Assembly: GCA_020025965.1 (NCBI GenBank)
Contig: JAHHRG010000001.1
Coordinates: forward strand, 6,911 to 70,910
Direction of reading: 5' to 3'
DNA: 64,000 bases
Source of the DNA: Sutterella sp.
Lineage (GTDB): Bacteria > Pseudomonadota > Gammaproteobacteria > Burkholderiales > Burkholderiaceae_F
In this document: positions 30,286 to 38,632 of the stretch, in pieces
How positions within the stretch are numbered: the first letter of the stretch is position 1
Layout: each line of letters begins with the position of its first letter
Made by a program: the position numbers and the translations under genes
Notes under the pieces: model-generated
What the model was told of the DNA's origin: nothing
Database searches by the model: none
What the model saw: only the letters and a program-made list of their open reading frames with translations

Positions 30286-30314
30286 ATATTAGCTCATAAA
30301 TATTGATATCGCAA
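30286..30314 (-). promoter_or_regulatory. Putative sigma-70 promoter of ahpCF
   Basis: On the minus strand, TTGCGA (-35) is followed by a 17-nt spacer and TAATAT (-10). It lies about 50-75 nt upstream of the ahpC ATG. Confidence 0.5.
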
Positions 30315-30346
30315 GTTGAAAAGGTAAAAACTATTAGCAAAGGTGT

Positions 30347-30382
30347 AAAAAATCCCGACAACCATAATTCGCCGGGATTTTT
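30347..30382 (-). terminator. Hairpin after the XRE regulator gene
   Basis: AAAAAATCCCG-(15 nt)-CGGGATTTTT has a large loop, so it is weaker than the other terminators. Confidence 0.5.
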
Positions 30383-30388
30383 GAGGAT

Positions 30389-30760
30389 TTAATTTTTGAA
30401 TCGGCGGCGGAATTCCTGCCGAATGTTGGGGGCAAGGCGCTCCAGGGCATCCATTGTCGTAAAAATAGATGCACGTCCGCGCTGCGAGAGGTCTCGGAAG
30501 CGTGTGAGCAATTCGTTCTCTTCCTCAATGGCGATGTGTCTTTCTGTTGTCATGATGTAGAGAATGTCAAAACCGCAAGCCGCCAAACGAGGCATGCGAT
30601 AAATCCCGGGATCATCTTCGCCTTTTTCGTAATCTTGATAGACGGCGAGTGGCACACCGAGCAACTGCGCGATCTGCTGCTCCGTATAGCCGAGTCGGCA
30701 TCGTTCTTCGCGCAGACGGGCCCCGGTTTCCTGACGGCGTTTGGTAGATGTGGTTGCCAT
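30389..30760 (-). CDS. XRE/Cro-C1-family HTH transcriptional regulator with an uncharacterised C-terminal half
   Basis: GARLREERCRLGYTEQQIAQLLGVPLAVYQDYEKGE is a typical HTH_3 domain. The protein is 123 aa. The gene is monocistronic, bracketed by terminators. Confidence 0.75.
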   Translation of the reverse strand: MATTSTKRRQETGARLREERCRLGYTEQQIAQLLGVPLAVYQDYEKGEDDPGIYRMPRLAACGFDILYIMTTERHIAIEEENELLTRFRDLSQRGRASIFTTMDALERLAPNIRQEFRRRFKN

Positions 30761-30814
30761 GGTCGTTATGGGTAAAACTTTTACTTTTTCCCAGTATAAC
30801 GAGAAAGCTCATAT

Positions 30815-30844
30815 AAAAAAGGGAAAGAACATCGGTTCTTTCCC
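30815..30844 (-). terminator. Rho-independent terminator of ychF
   Basis: On the minus strand, GGGAAAGAAC-cgat-GTTCTTTCCC is followed by TTTTTTATAT. Confidence 0.8.
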
Positions 30845-30866
30845 TTTGTTTCTTTAGGTGCGGTGT

Positions 30867-31961
30867 TTATACGTTGAAGAGGAAGTTGAGAACGTCGCCG
30901 TCCTGAACGACGTAGTCCTTACCTTCGGCTCGCATCTTGCCGGCCTCCTGGGCTCCCTTTTCACCCTTGTAGGTGATGAAGTCATTAAAGGAAATTGTCT
31001 GAGCGCGGATAAAGCCACGTTCGAAGTCGGTGTGGATTACGCCGGCGGCCTGCGGAGCTGTATCCCCCTTATGGATTGTCCACGCACGAACTTCCTTCAC
31101 ACCAGCGGTGAAGTAGGTCTGCAGACCGAGAAGATCGTAACCGGCACGGATCACGCGATCGAGGCCCGGTTCGGTCATGCCCATATCTTCGAGGAACATT
31201 TCCTTATCTTCTTCGTCGAGGTCGGCAATTTCGGCTTCGGTCTTGGCGCAAACGGCAACAACTGGAGCATGTTCTTCCGCGGCATAAGCACGAACGGCGT
31301 CGAGAAGCGGATTGTTTTCAAAGCCGTGGTCTTCGACATTGGCGACGTACATGACGGGTTTGATCGTCAGAAGGAAAAGCGGGCGGATGATGATGAGTTC
31401 GTCTTCAGTCAACTTAACCGTACGAGCAGAGCGGCCTTCGTTAAGAACGGGCTGGATCTTTTCAAGAACCTGAACGAGCTTCAGAGCTTCTTTGTCGCCC
31501 CCCGAGCGAGCCTGCTTGGAGTAGCGGTTCAAAGCGCGGTCAACGGTCTGAAGGTCGGCAAGAGCGAGTTCGGTATTGATGACGTTGATATCGTCTATTG
31601 GATCAATCTTGCCGGAAACGTGAACGATGTTGTCATCGTTAAAGCAACGCACGATATGTGCGATGGCATCACATTCGCGAATATTGGCGAGGAACTGGTT
31701 GCCAAGACCTTCACCTTGGCTGGCACCAGCTACGAGACCGGCAATGTCGACGAATTCGACAGCGGCGGGCACGGTACGTTGCGGTTTGACGATTTCGGCA
31801 AGGGCCTTCATACGGGGATCGGGCACTTCCACAACGCCAACATTAGGTTCGATGGTGCAGAACGGATAGTTTTCCGCCGCAATTCCGGCCTTGGTAAGAG
31901 CATTGAAAATGGTTGACTTGCCGACGTTAGGCAGACCGACGATGCCACACTTTAAACCCAT
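30867..31961 (-). CDS. ychF: Ribosome-binding ATPase YchF (Obg-like)
   Basis: The N-terminus is [23 protein letters not shown] and DIAGLV is present. The C-terminal TGS-like region contains [15 protein letters not shown]. Confidence 0.96.
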   Translation of the reverse strand: MGLKCGIVGLPNVGKSTIFNALTKAGIAAENYPFCTIEPNVGVVEVPDPRMKALAEIVKPQRTVPAAVEFVDIAGLVAGASQGEGLGNQFLANIRECDAIAHIVRCFNDDNIVHVSGKIDPIDDINVINTELALADLQTVDRALNRYSKQARSGGDKEALKLVQVLEKIQPVLNEGRSARTVKLTEDELIIIRPLFLLTIKPVMYVANVEDHGFENNPLLDAVRAYAAEEHAPVVAVCAKTEAEIADLDEEDKEMFLEDMGMTEPGLDRVIRAGYDLLGLQTYFTAGVKEVRAWTIHKGDTAPQAAGVIHTDFERGFIRAQTISFNDFITYKGEKGAQEAGKMRAEGKDYVVQDGDVLNFLFNV

Positions 31962-31985
31962 GGTTGTTCTCTTTGATTTATCTGT

Positions 31986-32013
31986 AAAAAAAAGACGAGA
32001 CCTGTGTGTCTCG
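31986..32013 (-). terminator. Rho-independent terminator after the pth-DUF523 pair
   Basis: On the minus strand, CGAGAC-acacag-GTCTCG is followed by TCTTTTTTTT. Confidence 0.7.
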
Positions 32014-32028
32014 AATAATCGGATTATT

Positions 32029-32529
32029 TTAGCAATCCCGTCCGTCTTCGTCTTCTCCTAAAGGGAAAAGACTCTCGAAATCCTGTTCGGACACGACGCG
32101 AATGCCATGTTTTTTGAAAAGGGCGACTGTTACACCGTCGCCAGGACGTAGAGTCCCCGAAAAGCTACCGTCATAAATACGACCACATCCACAGGAAGGA
32201 CTTTTCGCTTTGAGAAGTGCAAAACGACAATCTTCGGCTTGAGCTATCTCGACGGCAAGATGGGCACCTCTGAGGAAGTAAGCAGTACTTTCGGCGCCGT
32301 TTTTCATCATTACTCGAGCTCTGCCTGCGAGTACGTCAGCACCGTCACCTCCCTGAATTTCCGAGGGGAGACGAGGGGTTGTCATGCCGCCATCACTTTC
32401 CGGACAAACGGTCACGATGTCTGATTCGGCAAAACCTGCTTTGATCAATCGAGTCGTAAGATCATTGGTAGATCGGGCATCGTATCGGCAGGGTTTACCC
32501 AAGAGACAACGACTGACGACAATCTTCAC
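32029..32529 (-). CDS. DUF523-family protein (Cys-rich, TudS/YbbK-like)
   Basis: The N-terminus is [18 protein letters not shown] and SPSCG occurs later, which is the DUF523 cysteine pattern. It overlaps the pth stop by 4 nt. Confidence 0.75.
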   Translation of the reverse strand: MKIVVSRCLLGKPCRYDARSTNDLTTRLIKAGFAESDIVTVCPESDGGMTTPRLPSEIQGGDGADVLAGRARVMMKNGAESTAYFLRGAHLAVEIAQAEDCRFALLKAKSPSCGCGRIYDGSFSGTLRPGDGVTVALFKKHGIRVVSEQDFESLFPLGEDEDGRDC

Positions 32530-33155
32530 TTCTTGGCCTCGTCGGCACTCTTCGGAAGGGAACCGAATTTAGCAAGAGTGCGGTTGACGCGGGTGAAATT
32601 ACCGACGAGTGCATCGGGCAGGGACTTGATACCGGCATCAATGCACTGGCGGATACCAGCTTCATGATCGGCTGACGGAGCGGAGAGTACAAAGTCGGCA
32701 ACCTGCTGAGTCATACCGAGCGAACGAGGATGTCCTGTACCCAAACGAAGTCGCCAGAAGTTCGGCGTGGAGAGTTTGGCAGAGATATCCTTAAGGCCGT
32801 TGTGGCCGGCATTGCCACCACCCTTTTTGATCTTCATGCAACCAGGCATGAGGTCCAATTCGTCGTGAACCACAAGGATTTCTTCCGGAAGGATTTTGTA
32901 GTAGCTGGCGAGAGCCACCACCGCGTCGCCGGAGCGATTCATGTAGGTGTTTGGTTTCAAGAGCCAGATTTCGTTTCCATCGATACGACAACGGCAGACA
33001 TCACCGTGAAACTTGCCTTCCGTACGGAAAAAGCTACCGTTCCTCTCAGCCAATTCATCGACGAACCAAAAACCGGCGTTGTGGCGGGTGCGGGTGTAGT
33101 CGGAACCTGGGTTACCAAGACCGACAATCAAACGAATGCCTTCAACTTCACTCAT
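32526..33155 (-). CDS. pth: Peptidyl-tRNA hydrolase
   Basis: LIVGLGNPGSDYTRTRHNAGFWFVDELA and GHNGLKDI are present. ATG 33155 is preferred. Confidence 0.93.
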   Translation of the reverse strand: MSEVEGIRLIVGLGNPGSDYTRTRHNAGFWFVDELAERNGSFFRTEGKFHGDVCRCRIDGNEIWLLKPNTYMNRSGDAVVALASYYKILPEEILVVHDELDLMPGCMKIKKGGGNAGHNGLKDISAKLSTPNFWRLRLGTGHPRSLGMTQQVADFVLSAPSADHEAGIRQCIDAGIKSLPDALVGNFTRVNRTLAKFGSLPKSADEAKK

Positions 33156-33180
33156 GATATTTCGTAGGAAAAAATACATT

Positions 33181-33207
33181 AAAAGACCGTCTTAGAGACG
33201 GTCTTTT
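33181..33207 (-). terminator. Terminator hairpin after the DEAD-box helicase gene
   Basis: AAAAGACCGTCT-tag-AGACGGTCTTTT is perfect and flanked by A/T runs. Confidence 0.75.
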
Positions 33208-33258
33208 AATAAACAAGGGGAATTCTCAAGGTGTTTGCAAATCCCATCTTCATTCAAA

Positions 33259-35076
33259 TCATCGACGCGGACCACGCTTGAAGGAGGAGTTGCCGTCACG
33301 ACGAATGTCTTCACGACGGAAATCACGCTTCGTGCGGACGCCTCGATATTCACGATCTTCACGACGTTCGTCATGTCGGCTCTCGCGGTATTCGCGACGA
33401 TCTTCACGGTTGTCGTCGCGACGCGGACGGTCAAGCTTGACGGTCGTGTCACGGCCCTTGAAGCGTACACCCTGCATGGCTTCGATAACCTGTTCGGAAC
33501 GGTCAGATTCGACTTCTACGATCGTAAAGCGATCGGAAATGTCGATTGCACCGATGCACTTCGACGGGATACCGGCTTCGTTGGCGATAGCACCGACAAT
33601 GTCGGACGGGCGAATTCCAAGGTCACGACCAGCACCGACGAAGAGACGCGTCATGCCTTCTTCTGGTTGTGTGCGACGTTCGCGACGCGGAGCGCGATCA
33701 CTACGTTCGCTGCGGTTGTTACGGTCGCGACGACGTTCAAACGGAGAGTAAGCAGGGATTTCGGTATTGTCGTCGTTTGTACCTTCATTTTCCTGGGCGA
33801 GTTTGATAGCTGCAGCGGCTACATCAAACGGATCGTAGTCTTCGCAGAGAGATTCAACAATGACGCGGAAGCGGTCGAGGTCGCCCTTTTCGAGGATTTC
33901 AGTCAGGGAGCCGCGCATGATTTCAAGACGGCGGGCACGAACGTCGGTAGCCGACGGCACACTACGCAGTTCGATACGGGACTTCGTGATGCTTTCGATA
34001 GCACGAAGATGACGATGTTCGCGCGGTTCGAGAATCGTAATGGCGGTACCCGTACGTCCGGCACGACCCGTACGTCCGATACGGTGGACGTAGGTTTCGT
34101 AGGACGCGGGAATACCGAAGTTGATCACGTGCGTGAGGCTTTCAAGATCGATACCGCGGGCAGCAACGTCGGTGGCAACGATAGCGTCGACCTGACCACC
34201 GCGGGCGCGCTTCATTACACGGTCACGGGTAGCTTGATCGAGGCCACCGTGAAGAGCCTCAACGCTGTAGCCGCGGGCACGGAGGGATTCCGTGAGTTCG
34301 TCGACTTCCATGCGAGTACGCGTAAAGATGATGGCGAGTTCTGGGGCCTCAAGGTCGAGAATACGACCCAAAGCGGTCGTGCGGTAATTGTGGCCGACAA
34401 CGTAGGCGATCTGAGGAACGCGTGGAGCTTCACCTTCGGCAGTTTGTTCGCGAGCGATCGTAATACGGATCGGGTCGTGGAGATGTTGTTCGGCAATCTT
34501 GGCGATTCTCGGAGGCAGTGTGGCAGAGAAGAGAGCCGTCTGAACGTGTTCCGGAATAGCTTCGAAGATGGCATCGAGTTCGTCAGCAAAACCCAAGTCG
34601 AGCATTTCGTCGGCTTCGTCCAGAACGACAGCCTTGATACTTTCGAGATTGAGCGTGCCGCGACGGATATGATCGAGTGCGCGGCCCGGCGTTGCAACGA
34701 CAACGTGCGTTCCGCGGCGGAGGGCGCGGATCTGGCGGCTGTAGTCCTGACCGCCGTAAATTGGCGTCACAACGATCTTAGCTAAACGACCGTAGTTGTG
34801 AAAGGCTTCGGCAACCTGCAGGCAGAGTTCACGAGTCGGGGTTAGAACCAGAATCTGGGGTTCTTCGGCATCCTGATTGAGAACATGACGTTCGAGGAGC
34901 GGAAGAGCGAAAGCAGCGGTTTTGCCCGTACCTGTGGCAGCGCGACCGAGAACGTCGGCACCCGTCAAAAGGGCAGGGATGGCTTCGGTCTGAATCGGCG
35001 TAGGTTCTTCAAAGCCGAGTTCGGTCAAAGCGTTGGAAAGGGATTCGGAAAGTCCGAGATCGATAAAGGTGGTCAT
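33259..35076 (-). CDS. deaD: DEAD-box ATP-dependent RNA helicase, DeaD/CsdA-like (DbpA-type RNA-binding domain plus Arg/Asp/Glu-rich tail)
   Basis: It has the Q-motif FEEPTPIQ, AATGTGKTAAF, VLDEADEMLD, SAT, HRIGRTGRAG and the DbpA-like segment LFVGAGRDLGIRPSDIVGAIANEAG. The tail is RD/RE-rich. Confidence 0.9.
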   Translation of the reverse strand: MTTFIDLGLSESLSNALTELGFEEPTPIQTEAIPALLTGADVLGRAATGTGKTAAFALPLLERHVLNQDAEEPQILVLTPTRELCLQVAEAFHNYGRLAKIVVTPIYGGQDYSRQIRALRRGTHVVVATPGRALDHIRRGTLNLESIKAVVLDEADEMLDLGFADELDAIFEAIPEHVQTALFSATLPPRIAKIAEQHLHDPIRITIAREQTAEGEAPRVPQIAYVVGHNYRTTALGRILDLEAPELAIIFTRTRMEVDELTESLRARGYSVEALHGGLDQATRDRVMKRARGGQVDAIVATDVAARGIDLESLTHVINFGIPASYETYVHRIGRTGRAGRTGTAITILEPREHRHLRAIESITKSRIELRSVPSATDVRARRLEIMRGSLTEILEKGDLDRFRVIVESLCEDYDPFDVAAAAIKLAQENEGTNDDNTEIPAYSPFERRRDRNNRSERSDRAPRRERRTQPEEGMTRLFVGAGRDLGIRPSDIVGAIANEAGIPSKCIGAIDISDRFTIVEVESDRSEQVIEAMQGVRFKGRDTTVKLDRPRRDDNREDRREYRESRHDERREDREYRGVRTKRDFRREDIRRDGNSSFKRGPRR

Positions 35077-35232
35077 GAGTGATACCTGGGATGATTAAAG
35101 CCTGTTTTTCCCCGCACATAACCAGCACGAACTTTCTGAAAGGGGCAAACGGCAAAGAGAAGGGACGAAAAATATTTTTTCGTCTGAAGACGCGGAAAAA
35201 GAGTCTTCAAAGGAAATTCAGGTTGTATAACC

Positions 35233-35268
35233 GAAAAAAGACCCGCAGGAAGGAAACTCCCTGCGGGT
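35233..35268 (-). terminator. Rho-independent terminator of rplY
   Basis: On the minus strand, ACCCGCAGG-(10 nt)-CCTGCGGGT is followed by CTTTTTTCGG. Confidence 0.8.
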
Positions 35269-35305
35269 TAGACAGATCAGTCAGAAGTCTGATAGTCAGC
35301 CAATA

Positions 35306-35929
35306 TTAGGCGGCCGGAGCTTCGGTAGCAGCTTCTTCGGTGGCGGCTTCGTCGCCAGCGATTTCTTCTTCAGCCTTCACGATAACGGAAGCGACAGCGA
35401 AGTCTTCGCCGGTCTTGTTGTGAACCGTAACGCCTTCCGGAAGGACGAGCTGGGAAGCATGGAAGGTGGAACCAGTGGTAAGACCAGAGAGGTCAACCTG
35501 GATGAATTCCGGGAGTTCCTTCGGCAAGCAGGTAACTTCAACGTAGGAAACAGCATGGCTGATAAGGTTCTTGTCGAGCTTAACGGCCGGGGCTTCTTCT
35601 TCATTGATGAAGTGCAAGGGAACGCGCATCGTGACCTTTTCGTCAGCGGCGATACGCTGGAAGTCGATGTGCATGACCTGCGGCTTGTAGGGGTGCAACT
35701 GGAAAGCGCGGAGAACGACGAGTTCTTCCTTGCCGTCGAGTTCCATCGTCAGGATCGAAGCGTGGAACTTTTCCTTACGCAGAGCGTAGAAAATAGGATT
35801 GTGTTCGAGTTCGATCGGCGTAGCGGGGGTGTTGCCGCCGTAAACGATACCGGGCAGCTTGTCCGCGCGGCGAAGGCGGCGGCTCGCACCCGAACCCTGC
35901 GTGTTACGCGTGGTGGCGATGACTTTCAT
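35306..35929 (-). CDS. rplY: 50S ribosomal protein L25 / general stress protein Ctc
   Basis: The N-terminus is MKVIATTRNTQGSGASRRLRRADKLPGIVYGG and the C-terminal tail is acidic. The AGGAG RBS precedes ATG 35929. Confidence 0.92.
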   Translation of the reverse strand: MKVIATTRNTQGSGASRRLRRADKLPGIVYGGNTPATPIELEHNPIFYALRKEKFHASILTMELDGKEELVVLRAFQLHPYKPQVMHIDFQRIAADEKVTMRVPLHFINEEEAPAVKLDKNLISHAVSYVEVTCLPKELPEFIQVDLSGLTTGSTFHASQLVLPEGVTVHNKTGEDFAVASVIVKAEEEIAGDEAATEEAATEAPAA

Positions 35930-35995
35930 TGGATTACTCCTGAATATAGGTAAAAAGATTCCTGCAATCGCGACCAACTGCAGGAAAGGGTTTAA

Positions 35996-36955
35996 TTATT
36001 CCGCGAACAAATCGGCCACGGAAGTATTGTGCGCAATGCGCGAAAGAGTTTCGCCGAAGATTTCGGCCGTCGTGACCTGACGGATCTTCGGGCAAGCTAC
36101 GGCGGCTTCGGACAACGGAATCGTATCCGTTACCACGAGTTCGTCGAGGCTGGATTCGGTGATACGTTCGATGGCAGGGCCGGAAAGGACAGCGTGCGTA
36201 ATATAAGCAACAACGCGCTTGGCGCCGCGATCCTTTAAAGCCTTAGCAGCGTTGCAGAGCGTGCCGGCTGTATCGACGATATCGTCGGTGATGATGCAGG
36301 TACGATCCTTGACTTCACCGATGAGGTTCATGACTTCGGCAACATTGGCACGCGGACGACGCTTGTCAATGATGGCGAGATCGGTTTCAAGAGCCTTTGC
36401 GAGGGCACGGGCGCGAACGACACCGCCGACGTCAGGCGAAACAACCGTGAGGTTGTCGTAGTTCTTGGCAACGAGGTCCTGAAGAAGAACCGGGGTACCG
36501 TAAATATTGTCAACCGGAATGTTGAAGAAGCCCTGAATCTGGTCGGCGTGGAGGTCCATCGTGAGAACATGATCAACACCAACAGACTGCAACAGGTTGG
36601 CAACAACGCTGGCGGAAATGGCCACACGAGTAGAACGCGGACGGCGATCCTGACGAGCATAACCGTAGTAAGGAATTACGGCGATGATACGACGAGCGGC
36701 GGCGCGACGAAGAGCGTCAACCATGATCACCAGTTCCATGAGGTGATCGTTCGTCGGGGCACAGGTTGGCTGGATGATGAAAACATCCTTACCGCGGACA
36801 GGTTCAAGCAACTGAACCGCGACTTCACCGTCGCTGAAGCGATTGACGGCAGCCTTGCCAAGAGGAATGTTGAGGTATTCGGTGATAGCCTGAGCAAGTT
36901 TCGGGTTAGCGTTACCCGTGAAGACCATCATACTTTCCGTAGCCTTGGAATCCAT
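35996..36955 (-). CDS. prs: Ribose-phosphate pyrophosphokinase
   Basis: [11 protein letters not shown] is present. [10 protein letters not shown] is the PRPP synthase signature and [10 protein letters not shown] the PRPP-binding loop. Confidence 0.96.
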   Translation of the reverse strand: MDSKATESMMVFTGNANPKLAQAITEYLNIPLGKAAVNRFSDGEVAVQLLEPVRGKDVFIIQPTCAPTNDHLMELVIMVDALRRAAARRIIAVIPYYGYARQDRRPRSTRVAISASVVANLLQSVGVDHVLTMDLHADQIQGFFNIPVDNIYGTPVLLQDLVAKNYDNLTVVSPDVGGVVRARALAKALETDLAIIDKRRPRANVAEVMNLIGEVKDRTCIITDDIVDTAGTLCNAAKALKDRGAKRVVAYITHAVLSGPAIERITESSLDELVVTDTIPLSEAAVACPKIRQVTTAEIFGETLSRIAHNTSVADLFAE

Positions 36956-37097
36956 GATTTAAGCTCTTTTCGTGTAGGCGGGGGCTTGCGCTCTCGCAGT
37001 TAACAATAATGAGGTACACCGATCGAAATCGGTAGTTCTCCAAAATCACTTGTCGACCGTCCGACAAATCGTCGTCACAATAACACAGGACGGTAAC

Positions 37098-37133
37098 AAA
37101 AATAAATGGGAGGGGAACAAAATCACCTCCCAT
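37098..37133 (-). terminator. Hairpin plus T-run downstream of tRNA-Gln
   Basis: On the minus strand, ATGGGAGG-(12 nt)-CCTCCCAT is followed by TTATTTTT. Confidence 0.6.
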
Positions 37134-37153
37134 GACAGTTCTCTGCAAGAAAA

Positions 37154-37231
37154 TTGGCAGGGGTAGAAGGATTCGAACCTTCGAATGCCGGAATCAAAAT
37201 CCGGTGCCTTAGGCCAACTTGGCTATACCCC
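37154..37231 (-). tRNA. tRNA-Gln (anticodon UUG)
   Basis: The reverse complement is AGGGGTATAGCCAAGTTGGCCTAAGGCACCGGATTTTGATTCCGGCATTCGAAGGTTCGAATCCTTCTACCCCTGCCA. It folds as a cloverleaf with a 7-bp acceptor stem, the anticodon stem CCGGA/TCCGG, the loop TT-TTG-AT, a T-arm GAAGG-TTCGAAT-CCTTC and an encoded CCA. It is near-identical in layout to E. coli tRNA-Gln. Confidence 0.9.
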
Positions 37232-37241
37232 TAGCCGTTTT

Positions 37242-38114
37242 CTACTCGTCAAGCCAATCGTAGAGCGGATGCTCAACAAGCGACTTGGTCGTAAAACCGA
37301 TCCATTGGTCCGGCAACGCTTCCATAAAGGAAGGTGTCGGGTTGTCAGTACGAAGTATACCGAAAACCGCACTTCCGGAACCCGTCATTCGCGGGCTGCT
37401 ACAAGTTGCGAGCATCTCCAGAGCTTCCGAGACTCTGGGCTCAAGCGCTTGAGCAACAGGTTGCAAGTCGTTCCGACCGTATAGTTTCGGCCATTGGTTT
37501 TGGACTGCACCTGAAAAGGAGGTTATTTTCATAGATTCGGTATCTCTTGTCAAGTTCGGAGCCCCAAAAATCTTGGCAGTAGAAATTCCGACTCCAGGCC
37601 AAATAACGGCGTAGGTTGAGATTGGAACAGAGACGGCCTGAATTTTTTCTCCAATTCCTTCAACAAAGCCTGTCCTACCCCAGATGAAGAAAGGCACGTC
37701 AGCACCTAATTTTTCTCCAAGAGCCATAAGATTGTTTCGAGAGAGATTTAGCCCGAAGAGACGGTTGAGTGCGATCAAAACGGTGGCGGCATCGGAACTT
37801 CCACCTCCTAAACCAGCTCCCGAAGGAATCCGTTTTTGGAGGTGAATCGAAACCCCTTTGCGAATACGGAACGTGTTTTTTAAGAGTTGAGCTGCACGTA
37901 CGCAGAGATCGTCTTCCAGAAGGCCGATGACATCACCGGTTCGCTCAATAATGTCTTCTTCGAGTGTGGAAATGTCGATCGTATCGTGGATATCGAGCAG
38001 AATGAAAACGGACTGCAGAAGATGCTTGCCGTCCTCACGACGACCGATCACGTGCAAAAAAAGATTCAGTTTGGCAGGAGCCGAAAGTCCTAGGGCAGAG
38101 TTCAAAACGGTCAA
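37242..38114 (-). CDS. ispE: 4-diphosphocytidyl-2-C-methyl-D-erythritol kinase
   Basis: APAKLNLFLHVIGRREDGKH and the GHMP kinase motif IPSGAGLGGGSSDAA are present. Confidence 0.92.
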   Translation of the reverse strand: MTVLNSALGLSAPAKLNLFLHVIGRREDGKHLLQSVFILLDIHDTIDISTLEEDIIERTGDVIGLLEDDLCVRAAQLLKNTFRIRKGVSIHLQKRIPSGAGLGGGSSDAATVLIALNRLFGLNLSRNNLMALGEKLGADVPFFIWGRTGFVEGIGEKIQAVSVPISTYAVIWPGVGISTAKIFGAPNLTRDTESMKITSFSGAVQNQWPKLYGRNDLQPVAQALEPRVSEALEMLATCSSPRMTGSGSAVFGILRTDNPTPSFMEALPDQWIGFTTKSLVEHPLYDWLDE

Positions 38115-38632
38115 TGGAAAACCTCATCAAATACGATGGTTATACGAACCGAGCCCTGAGCAATGCGGCGTTCGGCACGAACTATCTTGGGACGGCCGGC
38201 TTCGCGTTTCATAACTCGGACGATCCAGCCGTAGCCTTCGGGCGTATTAGATGCGAGCGCCCACTCTTCAAACGCTTCGACGGGCATACTGAAGCCGACG
38301 GTTCTCTCCATAAGTGTTTCTATGTCGGGTGCGGTAATGGGAGCGTCATTGAGATCTTTCGAGAAAGAAGCCATGCCATCCCGAAGTTCGATGCGGGCGA
38401 GAATGCCATTTAAGGGCGTAAGGAGGTCGAGCCTTGAAAAGACATCTGTGCGCTTAAAGGAAAAATTTCCACTTAGATTCTCACGTTCGCCAGAGAGGTT
38501 GGTGAGAACGAGCGTGAAACGTCCGCGCGTTGCAAAGCGAAGATCGGGCTCGACACTGACCGTCGAACAGCCAGCGAGTTGCAAGAGGACCAAGCTACCT
38601 ACGCCTGTGAGTAAGGAACGGCGCGTAATCAT
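38111..38632 (-). CDS. lolB: Outer-membrane lipoprotein LolB
   Basis: It has the lipobox LQLAGCS and is 173 aa. It sits between the TPR protein gene and ispE (conserved synteny) and overlaps both neighbours by 4 nt. Confidence 0.75.
   Translation of the reverse strand: MITRRSLLTGVGSLVLLQLAGCSTVSVEPDLRFATRGRFTLVLTNLSGERENLSGNFSFKRTDVFSRLDLLTPLNGILARIELRDGMASFSKDLNDAPITAPDIETLMERTVGFSMPVEAFEEWALASNTPEGYGWIVRVMKREAGRPKIVRAERRIAQGSVRITIVFDEVFH

Noticed and set aside
30858-31916. 352-aa ORF on the plus strand
   Set aside because: It is antisense to ychF and has no family resemblance. The same reasoning applies to 3875-4756 (opposite metK), 17421-18128 (opposite secB), 7913-8572 (opposite rlmI), 58419-59153 and 59280-59879 (opposite aspS), and 62168-62728 (opposite the EF-G paralogue).
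33259-33480. Repetitive-looking DNA (cgacg/acgac periodicity) at the 3' end of deaD
   Set aside because: It encodes the Arg/Asp/Glu-rich low-complexity tail typical of DeaD/RhlE helicases. It has no defined repeat unit or spacer structure, so it is not a CRISPR or tandem repeat.
33235-34785. 516-aa ORF on the plus strand
   Set aside because: It is antisense to the DEAD-box helicase gene, whose motifs are all intact. Its sequence is low-complexity and rich in T/R/V/G/A, so it is a shadow ORF.
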